DNA of 64,000 nucleotides, taken from assembly GCF_009914755.1 (NCBI RefSeq), contig NC_060928.1; one strand, written 5' to 3'. The notes below the pieces were generated by a model that was not told the DNA's origin, made no database searches, and saw nothing but the letters and a program-made list of their open reading frames with translations. Source of the DNA: the human T2T-CHM13v2.0 reference genome, Homo sapiens. Each line of letters starts with the position of its first letter. Within the stretch, counting starts at the first letter, position 1. Below, in pieces: positions 12,001 through 32,850 of the stretch. The position numbers and the translations under genes are program-made.

Positions 12001-15000
12001 GATTTTTGGAAGGGTTTTTGGTGTCTCTATCTCCTTCAATTCTGCTTTGATCTTAGTTATTTCTTGTCTTCTGCTACGTTTCGAATTTTTTTGCTCTTGC
12101 TTCTCTAGTTCTTTTAATTGTGATGATAGGGTGTCATTTTAGATCTTTCCTACTTTCTGCTGTGGGGATTTAGTGCTATAAATTTTCCTCTAAACACTGC
12201 TTTAGCTGTATCCCAGAGATTCTGGTATATTGTGTGTTTGCTCTCATTGTTTTTAAAGAACTTATTTATTTCTGCCTTAATTTCATTATTTATCCAGCAG
12301 TCATTCAGGAGCAGGTTGTTCAGTTTCCATGTAGTTGTGAGTTCTGAGTGAGTTTCTTAATCCTGAGCTCTAATTTGATTGCACTGTGATCTGAGAGACT
12401 GTTATGATTTCTGTTCATTTACATTTGCTGAGGAGTGTTTTACTTCCAATTATGTGGTCAGTTTTAGAATAAGTGCTATGAGGTGCTGAGAAAAACGTAT
12501 ATTTTGTTGTTTTGGGGTGGAGAGTTCTGTAGATGTCTATTAGGTTTGCTTGGTCCAGAGCTGAGTTCAAGTCTGAATATCCTTGTCAATTTTCTGTCTT
12601 GTTGATCTGTGTAATATTGATAGTGAGGTGTTAAAATCTCCCAATATTATTGTGTGGGAGTCTAAGTCTCTTTGTAGGTTTGTAAGAACTTGTTTTATGA
12701 AACTGGGTGCTCTTATATTGGGTGCATATATATTTAGGATAGTTAGCTCTTCTTGTTGCATTGATCCGTTTACCATTATGTAATGGCCTTCTTTGTCTTT
12801 TTTGATCTTTCTTGTTTTAAAGTCTGTCTTATCGGAGACTAGGATGGCAACCCATGCCTTTTTTGTTTGCTTTCCATTTGCTTGGTAAGTTGTCCTCCAT
12901 CCCTTTGTTTTGAGCCTATGTCTGTGTTTGCACATGAGATAGGTCTCCTGAATACAGCACACCAATGGGTCTTCACTCTTTATCCAATTTGCCAGTCTGT
13001 GTCTTTGAACTGGGAGCATTTAACCTATTTACATTTAAGGTTAATATTATTATGTGTGAGTTTGATCCTGTCATCATGATTCTAGCTGGTTATTTTCCAC
13101 ATTAGTTCATGCAGTTTTGTTCGTCTTTATATTTTGGTATGTTTTTACAGTGGCTGGTACCAGTTTTTCCTTTCTATATTTAGTGCTTTCTTCAGGAGTT
13201 CTCGTAAGGCAGGCCTGGTGGTGACAAAACCCCTCAGCATTTTCTTGTCTGTAAAGGATTTTATTTTCTTTTGCTTATGAAACTTATTTTGGCTGGATAT
13301 GAAATTGTGGGTTGAAAATTGTTTTCTTTAAGAATGTTGAATATTGTCCCCCACTCTCTTCTGGCTTCTGCAGAGAGATCTGCTGTTAGTCTGATGGGCT
13401 TCCCTTTGTGGGTAACCTGACCTTTCTCTCTGGCTGCCCTTAACATTTTTTCCTTCATTTCAACCTTGGAGAGTCTGATGATTATGTGTCTTGGGGTTGC
13501 TCTTCTCGAGGAGTATCTTAGTGGTGTTCTCTGTGTTTCCTGAATTTGAATGTTGGCCAGTCTTGCTAGGTTGGGGAAGTTCTCCTGGATAATATCCTGA
13601 AGTGTGTTTTTCAACTTGGTTCCATGCTCCCCTTCACTTTCAGGTGTACCAATCTGTCATAGGTTTGGTCTTTTCACATAGTCCCATATTTCTTGGAGGA
13701 TTTGTTATTTCCTTTTCCTTCTTTTTTTTCTCTAATCTTGTCTTCATGCTTTATTTCATTAAGTTGATCTTCAATCTCTGATATCCTTTTTTCTGCTTGA
13801 TTGATTCAGCTATTGATACTTGTGTATGCTTCACGAAGTTCTCATGCTGTGTTTTTCAGCTCTATTAGGTCATTTCTGTTCTTCTCTAAACTGGTTATTC
13901 TAGTGTGCAGTTCCCGTAACCTTTTATCCAGGTTCTTACCTTCCTTTCTTTGGGGCAGAACATGCTTATTTAGCTTGGAGGCGTTTGTTATTACCTACTT
14001 TCTGTAGTGTACTTCTGTTCAATTCATCAAACTCATTTTCCATCCAGTTTTGTTCCCTTTCTGGTGAGGAGTTGTGGTCCTTTGGAGGAGAAGAGGCATT
14101 CTGGTTTTTGAAATTTTCAGCATTTTTGTGCTTTTTTCCCCTCAGCTTTGTGGATTTATGTACCTTTGATCTTTGATGCTGAGGCACTTTGGATGGGGTT
14201 TTTCTGTGGGCATACTTTTCTTTTGATGCTGATGTTTTTGTTTTCTCTTTGTTAGTTTTCCTTCTGTCAGGCCTCTCTGGTGCAGGTCTGCTGGAGTTTG
14301 CTGGAGGTCCACTTTAGACACTGTTTGCCTGGATATCACCAGTGGAGGCTGCAGAACAGCAAAGATTGCTGCTTGCTCCTTCCTCTGGAAGATTTGTCCC
14401 AGAAGGACACCCACCAGATGCCAGCTGGAGCTCTCCTGTATGAGATGTCTGTCGGCCCCTGCTGGGAGGTGTCTCCTAGTTAGGAGGCACGGGGGTCAGG
14501 GACCCATTTAAGGAGTCAGTCTGTTCCTTAGCAGAGCTTGAGCACTGTGCTGGGAGATCTGCTGCTCTCTTCAGAGCCAGTAGGCAGCAATGTTTAAGTC
14601 TGCTGAAGCTGCTCCCACAGTTGCCCCTCCCCCCAGCTGCTGTGTCCCAGAGAGATGGGAGTTTTTTCTATAAGCCCCTGACTGGGCCTGCTGCCTTTCT
14701 TTCAGAGATGCCCTGCCCATAGAGGTAGTCTGGCTACAGTGGCTTTGCTGTGCTGTGGTGCAGTGGGCTCTGCCCAGTCCGAACTTCCTGGCAGCTTTGT
14801 TTACAATGTGAGGGAAAAACCACCTACTCAAGCCTCAGTAATGGCGGACGACCCTCCCCCGACCAAGCTTGAGTGTCCCAGGTTGACTTCAGACTGCTTT
14901 CCTGGCAGCAAGAATTTCCAGCCAGTGGATCTTAGCTTGCTGGGCTCCGTGGGAGTGGGACCTGCTAAGCCAGACCACTTGGCTCCCTGGTTTCAGACCC

Positions 15001-15483
15001 CACGGTTTGTTCCAGGGGAGTGAACGGTTCTGTCTGGCTGGGGTTCCAGGCACCATTGGGTTATGAAAAAAAATCTCCTGCAGCTAGCTCGGTGTCTGCC
15101 AAATGGCCACCCAGTTTTGTGCTTGAAACCCAGGGCCCTGGTTGTGTAGGCACCTGAGAAAATCTTCTGGTCTGTGGTTTGCAAAAACCATGGGAAAAGC
15201 GTAATGTCTGGGCTGGATAGCACTGTCCCTCATGGCACAGTCCCTCATGGCTTCCCTTGGCTAGGGGAAGGAGTTCTCTGACCCCTTGTGCTTCTCCTTG
15301 AGGTGACACCCCACCCTGCTTCTGCTGGCCTTCTGTGGGCTGGACCCACTCTCTAACCAGTCCCAATGAGTTGAACTGGGTACCTCAGTTGGAAATCCAG
15401 AAATCACCTGCCTTCTGTGTTTGTCTCGCTGGGAGCTGCAGACGGGAACTGTTCCTATTCGGCCATCTTGCCCAGCTCTCCCC
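9042..15483 (-). mobile_element. Near full-length (~6.4 kb) decayed L1PA7/8-like element
   Basis: 3' end ttattatactttaagttct, fragmented ORF2 and ORF1 peptides, 5' end ...ggccatcttgcccagctctcccc. Confidence 0.95.
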
Positions 15484-15819
15484 TGCAGTCTATCATTTGA
15501 ATGTGTTCTGATTTGCTTAATCAGTAATTACCTAGACATAGAATTATTTCTATTGTTTTGGCTATTATAAATTATATTGTGATGAACACTCTTGTTCATA
15601 ATTTTTACTTGCTTGGTTTCCTTGAGAATTACTTGGGAAAGGATAAAGACATTATTTGGGTTAAATTGACTTCCATACCTCTTTACAGAAAGGCTGAATC
15701 ATTTGGCATGCTGCCTAGAAGTAAAATAGAATGTCTATATCATTATTTACTCCACCCACATTAGCACTGACTGTAGCTATTAAACACAAAATATCTTGAC
15801 AGGCATAAAAAGCTAACTA

Positions 15820-15891
15820 TTACGTTGGTGCAAAAGTGATTGCAGTTTTTGCCATTAAAAGTAATGGCAAATAACTTTTGCACCAACCTAA
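15820..15891. mobile_element. MADE1 (Hsmar1 mariner MITE)
   Basis: Inverted ends ttacgttggtgcaaaagt ... acttttgcaccaacctaa, flanked by TA on both sides. Confidence 0.9.
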
Positions 15892-15916
15892 TATTTCTTT
15901 TCATTAGTATTTCTTT

Positions 15917-16230
<314 letters not shown>

Positions 16231-16597
16231 TTTCGTTAGTATTTCTTTCAGCGCTAGTGATGTTGAATATTTTCTATGTTTGTTTTAGTCATTTGTATTT
16301 TCTCCTTTTGTGAAGTATTTGATCATATAGTTTGTGTAAGTATCTACTAGCAACTTGGTGTTTTTCTGATTAATGCATTTGAGTTCTTTATATGTTAAAG
16401 GAGTGACCTATTATTGTCACATTGTCAGACATGTTTTTCCTTTGTTAATTTTTGACCTTTAATTTTGTATGAAGTTATATATATATATGTTTAAAAATTT
16501 TGGTTCATAAAAATATCTTTTTCTTTGTTATTGTTTCCATTCTTTGAAAATTCTCTTCATATAGAGACCAAATACATTTTCTATCTTTCTTTCTAAA

Positions 16598-16903
16598 TTT
16601 TTTTTGTTTCTGTTTTGAGACAGAGTTTTGCTCTAGTCATCCAGTCTGGAGTGCAATGGCGCAATCTCGGCTTACTGCAACCTATGCCTCCCGGGTTCAA
16701 ACGATTCTCCCTCCTCAGGCTCCTGAGTAGCTGGGATTACAGCTGAGTACCTGCCACCATGCCCATCTAATTTTTGTATTTTTAGTAGAGACAGGGTTTC
16801 ACCATGTTAGCTAGGCTGGTCTCAAACTCCTGACCTCAGGCGATCTGCCTGCCTCAGCCTCCCTAAATGCTGGGATTATAGGCATGAGCCATCGCACTTG
16901 GCC
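16598..16903 (-). mobile_element. AluS
   Basis: Full Alu, flanked by ttcta(a/g)atttt. Confidence 0.9.
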
Positions 16904-17454
16904 CCTTCTAGATTTTTATAGTTTGATTTTTAAACATTCAACTCTTAAATTCAGCTGAAAATTATTTTGTGTGAAGTAAGAAGCTAAACAAATTGTCCCA
17001 GCATGAACTGGTGATTAGTTGTTTCTTTTTCTATGTTAATTAGCACCTTCGGTAAGAAGTTCTTATATTTACAGTTTCTTTCTTGGAGACTGTGTCTATT
17101 GTTCTGTGTGTCTTTCTGTCTGTTCTTGCAGCAGCACCTCAATGATTTAAATGCTTTATCTTTTCCATATACCTTAATATATGGTGATACTAATTCTCTT
17201 CATAATTTATTTATGTTCCATTTGCAGGGTATTATTGTTGCACTAGTAATTGTAAAGTATACTGAGCTGAGAAAATCTGTTGTGTTATCAAGAAATTCAG
17301 ACTCCAATGGAGGAGATAATACATGTCTTGCCATACAAGAAAAAGGGACAAATGTCACAAGAGAAGTTCAAATAAAATGATAAAGAAAATATTACTTGTT
17401 TCTGAGGATAAAATAGTTTTGATTTCACCTGCCAAGCTCATATAAAAAATATGC

Positions 17455-17820
17455 TTCATGTTGAACTCATGGAGGTGGAGAGTAGAATGATGGTTACCAG
17501 AGACTGGAAAGGGTGGTGAGGGGATTGGGGGAATTGGGGTTGGTTAATGCATACAAAAGATAGTTAGAATGAATAAGATCTAGTATTTGATAATACAACA
17601 GGGTGATTATAATCAATGATAATTAAATTGTACATTTTAAAATAACTAAAGGAGTATAATTGGATTGTAGGTAAAACAAAGGATAAATGCTTGAGGGAAT
17701 GGATACCCCATTTACCCTGATGTGATTATTGTGCATCATATGACTGTATCAAAATATCTATGTACCACATAAGTATATGCAGCTATTATATACTTATATA
17801 AATTAAAAATAAAAATATAA
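17455..17820 (+). mobile_element. L1MA 3' end
   Basis: gaactcatggaggtggagagtagaatgatggttaccagag... followed by an A-rich tail. Confidence 0.85.
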
Positions 17821-18050
17821 AATGTATACCTGAAAAAAAATTTCATGAAAAAATTTTCCTAATTTCAAAAATAGTACACACTCAACACAAAAATCTTAGA
17901 AAACTCAGAGAAATGTAAAGGGAAATCAACTGTGACAAAAGGCATCCACCTATTATCACTGTTAACAATTCAGGATGAGTCCTTCCAGTCAACATGCATG
18001 TTTATGTGTGTCAGTATGATCATACTGAGCGTGCTGTTTTACAGCCTGTT

Positions 18051-18426
18051 TGTATTAGTTCATTCTTCCACTTCTGTAAAGAAATACCTGAGACTGGGTA
18101 ATTTATAGAGACTGGGTAATTTAATTAGCTCATGGTTCCTCAGGCTGTACAGTAAGCATGGCTGGGGAAGCCTCAGAAAACTTTCAATCATGGAGGAAGG
18201 TGAAGGGGAAGCAGGCATGTCTTATACGACTGGAGCAGGAGGAAGGGGGTGGGGGAAGTGCTACATGTTTTTAAACAACCAGATCTTGTGATAACTCATT
18301 ATCAAGAGAATAACACAAAAGAGGAAATCTGCCTCATGATCCAATCACCTCCCACCAGACCCCACCTCCAACATTGGGGATTACAATTTGACATGAGATT
18401 TGGGGACATAGACCCAAACCATATCA
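18051..18426 (-). mobile_element. MaLR solo LTR (MSTA/B-like)
   Basis: tgtattagtt...aaatacctgagactggg...ccaaaccatatca. Confidence 0.85.
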
Positions 18427-18610
18427 TTGTTCTTCTACTTAACATTATGAATGCATTGCAAGTAATTTGTTAAGATCACTTGGGATTTTATTGGCTAATA
18501 TATCATATTTTATTTAATCAGTTTACTAGTACTTGTCATATATTGCTTTCAGTGTTCTTTTCTTAAAAATAATGCTACAGTTAATCTGTTTATAAAAATA
18601 TACATAATTA

Positions 18611-19002
18611 CAAATGCTCCTCCATACAATGGAGTTATGTCCTGATAAACCCATTGCAAGTTGAAAATGGATTTAATACACCTAACCTATGAAACATCAT
18701 AGCTGAGCCTAGCCTTCCTTAAACGTGCTCAGAACATTTATATTACCCTATATTTGGATAAAATCATCTTGCAATACAGTACATTGTAAAGTCCTGGCTG
18801 TTTACCCTTGCGTGGCTGACTGGGAGCTGCTCTGGCTGCTGGTGCCTAGCATTGCAAGAGAGTATCATACTGCATACAACTAGCCCAGGAAAAGATCAAA
18901 TTTCAAAATTTGAAGTATGATTTCTACTGAATGCATACACCTTTTGCACCATTGTAAAGTCAAAAGATTGTAGGTTGGACCATCTTAAGTTGGGGATGTC
19001 TG
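18611..19002. mobile_element. MER47A-like Tigger MITE
   Basis: caaatgctcc...gataaacccattgcaagttgaaaat...catcttaagttggggatgtctg. Confidence 0.75.
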
Positions 19003-20324
19003 CATTTTGTTGGATAAATTTTCAGGTCACATTTTTGAGGCTTTTGTTACAATATTGTCACTTTGCCCCAATTCGCCTCATTAGACATCATTTGTCTAGC
19101 ATCCTTCACAGCCTCCACGGAGGGAGACAGTGAAGCAGTTTCTCTGCTGAGGACTGTCACCTTCACAGTTTACAGCTACTGTAAGGGGAGGGTAGTTTGG
19201 GAAGGAGGGGGTGAGATAGTAATTTGGGACAAGGTTCAGCAATTGCAGGCCTCTACATTTGGAGCTTTTCTGGCAACAGCAATCCCTTAGTCAGTTGTTT
19301 ACATTTCATGTGAAGGATTTTATATCTGCAGGTAATTCAGTAAGTCTCTCAGGGTCCTGGCCCCTTACACTGCTTCTGTCTTAGCATACGGTATGGGGAC
19401 CTGCTCTTTCTCTTAGGACTTTTTCAGACTTTTGCTTTAAGACTTGAATCAGAACCTGGGCTAGGGTGAAGAGACTTGCCTCAGTTGTTCTGAAATCTGG
19501 CCAAGAGAATGCATTTAGGAGGCATCCCAGATAATTATGCTTTATATAGCAATGTATTACATTTATGGGCAAGATGGTTTAAGAAGATGGGTACTTGGAT
19601 GGGGCTAAAGGGACTGAGGCCTGTTCATTCCTCTCGCTCCTTAGGTAACCTTCTCCCGCAGTATCCTGGTTCCCATGCTTTCTGTACCCACGTGCCTACT
19701 CTTGCAATCTATACATTGTTCCTGTTCAGCAGAGTTTGGATGAATACCCAACAGCCTGAGGAGACTGACTGTTACTTGAAATGAAGGAGTGTTCTTGTTT
19801 GAACGATCCTGCTCAGAAGGACCAGCCTGGGCTTGCATCTCTTGTAGTATTTTACTAAACCCTGCAACAGTAGCCACTTTTTTTCCCTGCCAAGTTATCT
19901 AAATGTAGAGCTTCCTGTGGTCTGAGTTTTAAGAGATTACAGGTGATAATTAACTAATTATTTGCTTTACTATAGAATCTATGTATAGGTGGAATCGAAG
20001 GTGGTGGAATCTTTACTGATTCCCTGACCCACTTCACTCAGTGAGTTACATATTTGAGGGATATCAGTGAAGTGTATCACTATGGTCTACTTGTTTGCAA
20101 CTTACAAAAACCCAACATGAATAACCTTGGTATCCATGGGCTCTTGCTTCCAAGTTACAAAAACCTAGCATGCATAACCTTAGAGAAAAAAGGGAAAATT
20201 TTGACTGATAGAAACCATGAAATGAGCGAAAAACAAAACAAAGAAAGTGGGCAGAAATACAACTGGGAGCAGAAACTTGAAACCATTCAACTTAAAGAAG
20301 ACTTTCCCTCTCTCTTATGTGAAG

Positions 20325-20590
20325 TGGTGTATGTAGCATAGTGGTTAAGAGCAGAGATGCTAGCCCTAATAGATCTGGGTTCAAATCTTAGCTTTATTTC
20401 TCTTCTGTGACATAAGGCAAGAAGCCCAAAACTTCTGTGCCCCAGTTTACCTATCAATAAGGTATGATAATAGTAGTACCCACCTCATACATTTATTATG
20501 AGCATTAAGAGAGTTATCATATGACAAACGTTTGAATTTGTGCCTAGCACATAGCGGGACCTATGTATAAGTGCTACCTGTTATTATTAT
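20325..20590 (+). mobile_element. MIR
   Basis: gcatagtggttaagagc...ctgggttcaaatc...ataatagtagtacccacctcata. Confidence 0.8.
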
Positions 20591-20916
20591 GGTATCTCTG
20601 AGAACATTGATTTCAGTTGTTCACCATTGACTTGCTTTTGTTATAGAGTTAGGAAATATGGCCAATAAAAATGTTTGATTCGTAAGTCTAACTGCAACAG
20701 GAGAATTCTGATCTTTCCCTCATCTTAAGTCCAAAGATGTAAGGGAGGCTCTCTTTGCTAGCATGAGTCTGGTGCTCACTCCTCAGCCAATGAAATCTCA
20801 CCAAATTTGTGGAGTTTGGGAAGAGTTTGACAGCTACTATGGCAGTCATGTGGACATCCTTGAGCAGCTGAAGGTGGGTGGGGAAAGTCACAGGGCAGAT
20901 TGGTTCCATTGTATAT

Positions 20917-21238
20917 ACAGTGTCTCTTGGAACCTGAGGGATTTGTTCCAGAACCCCTGCAGACACCAAAATCTGCAGATGCGCAAGTCCCTGATATAAA
21001 TTGCATAGTATTTGCATATAATCTATGCACACCCTCCTGTATATTTTAAATAATCTCTAGATTACTTATAATACCTAGTAAAATATAAATGCTATGTAAA
21101 TAGTTGTTACACTGTATTTTAAAATTTGTATTTTTTAAATGTTGTATTTTTTAAATTTTTTAAAAAATATTTTTGATTCATAGTTGATTGAGTCCATGGA
21201 TGCAGAACCCCAGAACCTGCAGATATGGAGGACTGACT
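20917..21238. mobile_element. MER2 Tigger MITE, apparently inside an MLT1-like fragment
   Basis: gttccagaacccctgcagacaccaaaatctgcagatgcgcaagtccctgatataaa ... gcagatatggaggactgact. Confidence 0.8.
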
Positions 21239-21802
21239 ATACTTGATCAGTAAGATCAAATGAAGCCTCAACATTGCCTGGCAATCCAATGACATTTTCC
21301 TAGCCAGCTTGCTGCCCAGTTTCCTGAAATAGCTATCTTAATCTTTGAACACTCATGTCAAACCTCTGAACATCATCATCCTATTTTCCTCCATCTCCTT
21401 TGCCTCAGGTGATGAACTTACTGTACACAGAAAATTCACCCTCTAGAGAAAAGTCTTTCCCCTCTCCATGTCCAATTCATTAAGAAGCCCTGCCAGCTTT
21501 GCCTCCAAAGTATATCTTAAAGTTTTTAGTGCTTAATGTCTAAATGCCTTCTCTAGAATTGAATTTCTATGAGAGTAGGGACCTTAGGTCTCTTATTTTT
21601 CTCTACCTTAAGTGCTTGATACATAGTAGAAAGTCAGTAAGTATTGAATAAATAAATTACAATAGAAGGTAGACAGAAACTCCCTCAGCTTCCTATTACT
21701 TCAGCACCCACACTCATTCTACCCTCCTTCTCCATCATCTACATCTCTTAAGGAAACTCACTGTTATTTATTTTTGCTTCTTCACAATATGATTTGTGAG
21801 CT

Positions 21803-22497
21803 TTCTTTTTTAAATTATACTTTAAGTTCTGGGATACATTTGCAGAACCTGCAGGTTTGTTACATAGGTATACACATGCAGGGTTTTTACATAGGTATAC
21901 ACGTGCCATGGTGGTTTGCTGCACCCATCAACCCGTCATCTACATTAGGTATTTCTACTAATGCTATCTCTCCCCTAGCTCCCCACCCCCTGACAGGCCC
22001 CAGTGTGTGATGTACCCCTCCCTGTGTCCATGTGTTCTCATTGTTCAACTCCCACTTATGAGTAAGAACATGTGGTTTTTGGTTTTCTGTTCCTGTGTTA
22101 GTTTGCTGAGAATGATGGTTTCCAGCATCATCCATGTCCCTGCAAAGGACATGAACTCATCCTTTTTTGTGGCTGCATAGTATTCCATGGTGTATATGTG
22201 CCACATTTTCTTTATCCAGTTTATAATTGATGGGCATTTGGGTTGGTTCCAAGTCTTTGCTATTGTGAATAGTTCTGCAATAAACATACGTGTGCATGTG
22301 TCTTTATAGTAGAATGATTTATAATCCTTTGGGTATATACCTAGTAATGGGATTGCTGGGTCAAATGGTATTTCTGGTTCTAGATCCTTGAGGAATTGCC
22401 ACACTGTCTTCTGCAATGTTTGAACTAATTTACACTCCCACCAACAGTATAAAAGCCTTCCTATTTCTCCACATCCTTTCCAGCATCTGCTGTTTCC
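21803..22497 (-). mobile_element. L1PA 3' end (copy 1)
   Basis: 3'UTR plus ORF2 C-terminus (TWNQPKCPS...YTMEYYAA). Confidence 0.9.
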
Positions 22498-23331
22498 TTT
22501 TTTTTTCTTAACACATTAAGTTCTGCAGTACATGTGCAGAACATGCAGGTTTGTTACACAGGTATACACGTGCCATGGTGATTTGCGGCAACCCATCAAC
22601 CTGTCATCTACATTAGGTATCTCTCCTAATGCCATCCCTCCCCTAGCCCCCAACCCCTTGACAGGCCCTGGTGTGTGATGTTCCCTTCCCTGTGTCCATG
22701 TGTTCTCATTGTTCATCTCCCACTTATGAGTGAGAACATGCAGTGTCTGGTTTTCTGTTCTTTTGTTAGTTTGCTGAAAATGATGGTTTCCAGCTTCATC
22801 CATGTACCTGCAAAGGAAATGAACTCATCCCTTATTATGGCTGCATAGTATTCCATGGTGTATGTGTGCCATATTTTCTTTATCCAGTCTATCACTGATG
22901 AGCATTCGGGTTGGTTCCAAGTCTTTGCTATTGTGAATAAAGCCGCAATAAACATACATGTGCATGTGTCTTTATATAGAATGATTTGTAATCCGTTAGG
23001 TATATATCCATTAATGGGATTGCTGGCTTAAATGGTATTTCTGGTTCTAGATCCTTGATGAATCTCCACACTGTCTTTCACAATGTTTGAATTAATTTAC
23101 ACTCCCACCAACAGTGTAAAAGTGTTCCTATTTCTCCACATCCTCTCCAGCATCTTTTGTTTCCTGACTTTTTAATGATCACCATTCTAACTGGCGTTAG
23201 AATGTGGTATCTCATTGTAGTTTTTATTTGCATTTCTCTAATGACCAGTGATGATGAGCCTTTTTTCATATGTTCGTTGGCTGCATAAATGTCTTCTTTT
23301 GAGAAGTTTCTGTTCATATCTTTGGCCCACT
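22498..23331 (-). mobile_element. L1PA 3' end (copy 2), abutting copy 1
   Basis: Second poly-T and 3'UTR plus ORF2 C-terminus. Confidence 0.9.
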
Positions 23332-23409
23332 TTTTTTTTTTTGTGGGGACTAAATGTTTTAATATATGGACAATAAGCGGGTTATCACATTTATAAACAA
23401 AACAATTTA

Positions 23410-24262
23410 AGAGCATAAGTACTCTAAAGGAAACAAACAGAAAGCTGGAGCAAAGAGCAATGAGTGAGACGTCTTTTTGATAGAATTTTCCGGTAAGAGC
23501 TCTCAAAAGAAATTATATTTAAACTGAGACTGAAGGATTCACATTAAAAGCTTAGTGCAAATTTTGAAGAGTGAGGAGTTGAGTATACCAGAATGAATGG
23601 AAAAAAATATAAAGGCCTTAAAGAAAGAAAGAACTGAGCATGTTTAAGGAACAGGAAGAAGACAAGTAAGTGTAAGTTACGTGAGCAAGGGGGTGGGTAG
23701 GTGGTATTTCATCCATTCCTTCATTCATCCATTCAACAAAAAAAACAACTAAACACAAACACATAAATAACATGTGTGCATGCACACAGGCACTCACATA
23801 CATACATAGAGACAGAAAGAGAAGCTACTATGTGTGCCAAGCACTGTTCTTTGCTTTGGGAATACATGAACAAATAAAAATGTCTCCAGACTCATGAAGT
23901 TTTATATTATTGAGGAAGGGACTTAAACCATAAATATAAACCATATAGTATTTTTTAAAATAAAAGCAATAGTAAGATATATAAGGAGAAATAGGTTAGG
24001 AGCCTCCATTTTAATTAGGATGATTTAAAATTTTCTACATATGTGAATATGTAGGAAAATAATATTCCAGGCAAAGGCACTAAGATAAAAGAATGAGAAA
24101 TGTATTTGAAGAATACCAGGGAAGCCAGTGTGATTGGAGAGGAGGGAGCAAAATAGAAGAAAGCATCAGATGAGCTGAGAGAGGAATGGGGGCCAGATTG
24201 TTCAGGTACTTCTAGATCATTGCAGGACAGATTGTGCAGGTACTTCTAGACCATTGTAAGGG
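23410..24262. mobile_element. L2 fragments
   Basis: cattcatccattcaacaa, tactatgtgtgccaagcactgttct, gggaagccagtgtgattggag, ccattgtaagg motifs. Confidence 0.6.
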
Positions 24263-24263
24263 C

Positions 24264-31083
<6,820 letters not shown>

Positions 31084-31659
31084 GCTGTCGATTTGTCATC
31101 TTTTTAACATATTCATCTCTCTCTTATTAAAAAGGAAAACATAGAAACCAACAACAAACTCCCCATTGCCCCACATCTTTCCAACTACCGTTGGGAGAGT
31201 CAAGAGGGATATTTACATGCTCTCTGAATTGAGGGTTGAGAGCTCTAGGCCAAATACTACCTCTAGTGTACTAGAAGTAGTAATACCACTTCTAGGCCAA
31301 ATTTGGGCTTCCATTGATGGGCCTTGAGAAATTGTAATATCCTGAAGTAATTGGGATTTTGTAATTTGACTAACTTATAAATTGACTTACAAATGGGAAT
31401 AATTTGAATTTGACTTTATAATTTGAGTCAAGGGCCAATATATATTTTGATTTTGTAATTGGGATTTTGTAGCTTCTGGAAGTTTCAAGAGATGTCTGGC
31501 TGTGACTGCAAAGCCAGCAATAAACCAGGGTCATATTGTTTAAGAAAAGACACAGTTTAAGAAAAGATCCTTTATACTCATTGCATCCTTTTCCTCACCT
31601 CCCTCTCACTTCTCCATGCTGCCATTCTATTAGACACCTCCAGCCCTTCATTGAAACAT

Positions 31660-31777
31660 CTGCTGACTCCTTCACTTTGGGCTTCTAGCCTCCAGAACTG
31701 TCAAAGAATAAATTTCTGTTGTTTTAAGCCACTCAGTCTATGGTAATTTGTTACAGTAGCACTAGAAAACAAATACA
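31660..31777 (+). mobile_element. MLT1 LTR 3' end
   Basis: ttctagcctccagaactg...aataaatttctgttgttttaagccactcagt...aaaacaaataca. Confidence 0.8.
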
Positions 31778-32051
31778 GAATCTGTGTTTATCATTCCCTG
31801 TATCTTCCCATTTCCTTGATTCTCTTCTCTCTCCTGACTTAGTGGGAGTGCTTCTTCTCCACTCTTTATGTGTCTACTCCACTGTCCTTTAGCTCTCTCT
31901 CCACATTACTAATGTGGTGCTTCTTGTTTATGTAACTCATTTGGAACTTAGCATGCACATCCTGTTTTGTTCTCTGTTTTATATGCAGAGACTGCTTTCT
32001 AGGTTAGATTTGAGTCAAGAAATGCAGAAGTCAAAATTGAAGAGTGAAGCT

Positions 32052-32263
32052 TTCTTCTTTTTTTTTCTTCTCTTTCTCTTCTCTCCCAAGTAGCTGGGAT
32101 TACAGGGGCATGCCACCATGCCTGGCTAATTTTTGCAATTTTAGTAGAGATGGGGTTTTTCCATGTTGGCCAGGCTGGTCTTTAACTCCTGACCTCAGGT
32201 GATCCACCCTCCTTGGCCTCCCAGAGTGCTGGGATTATGGGCATGACCCACCACGCCTAGCCG
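32052..32263 (-). mobile_element. Alu with an internal deletion
   Basis: T/C-rich tail joined directly to ctcccaagtagctgggattacagg...cctagcc. Confidence 0.85.
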
Positions 32264-32539
32264 GTTTTGAATCTTTACCTCAGCATCTTAATAGTTATTC
32301 TTAGGAATTAAATTCACTAATATATTTTTAGTCTTGATTTCAGTGCTGAATTACATTGGTGTTGATTCATATCAATTTCTATTTCACTGTTGTAAAGTAC
32401 TGCCAATCAAAACATTTTGATAGTGAAATTGACATACACTAAAATATGCTAAGACATATTCAATTGAAATGCATTTTTTTTACAATTCATTTTTATAATA
32501 TAGCCTTCAGTGTTTTCCCTGTCATATACATTGGAAATA

Positions 32540-32850
32540 ATAAAAATAATCATAAGTCTTATTTTATAGATGAAAAGACTGAGGCTTAGAATGAATGAGC
32601 AATTTTCCCATGATCACATGGCTGATAATTTACAGATCTGAGATAGAATTCAGCATTATCTCGATCCAAAGTTCTATTATTTCCTTTATCCCATGATCTG
32701 TTTAAACACTGTATTGAAAAGTTAAATAATAATGACAATGCTAATAGCTAACGTTTATTTATCTCTTACAATATGCCAAGCACCTTATGCTTTATTCTAT
32801 TCAATCATTTAATCCTCATAGTAACTCTATGAGTTATTATTAACTTTTGA
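32540..32850 (-). mobile_element. MIR fragments
   Basis: attttatagatgaaaagactgaggcttaga; tcatttaatcctcatagtaactctatgag. Confidence 0.75.

Noticed and set aside
20115-20140. Minus-strand ATG GAT ACC AAG (MDTK) as a candidate class VI exon 1
   Set aside because: There is no GT donor after six codons, and it is too short to support
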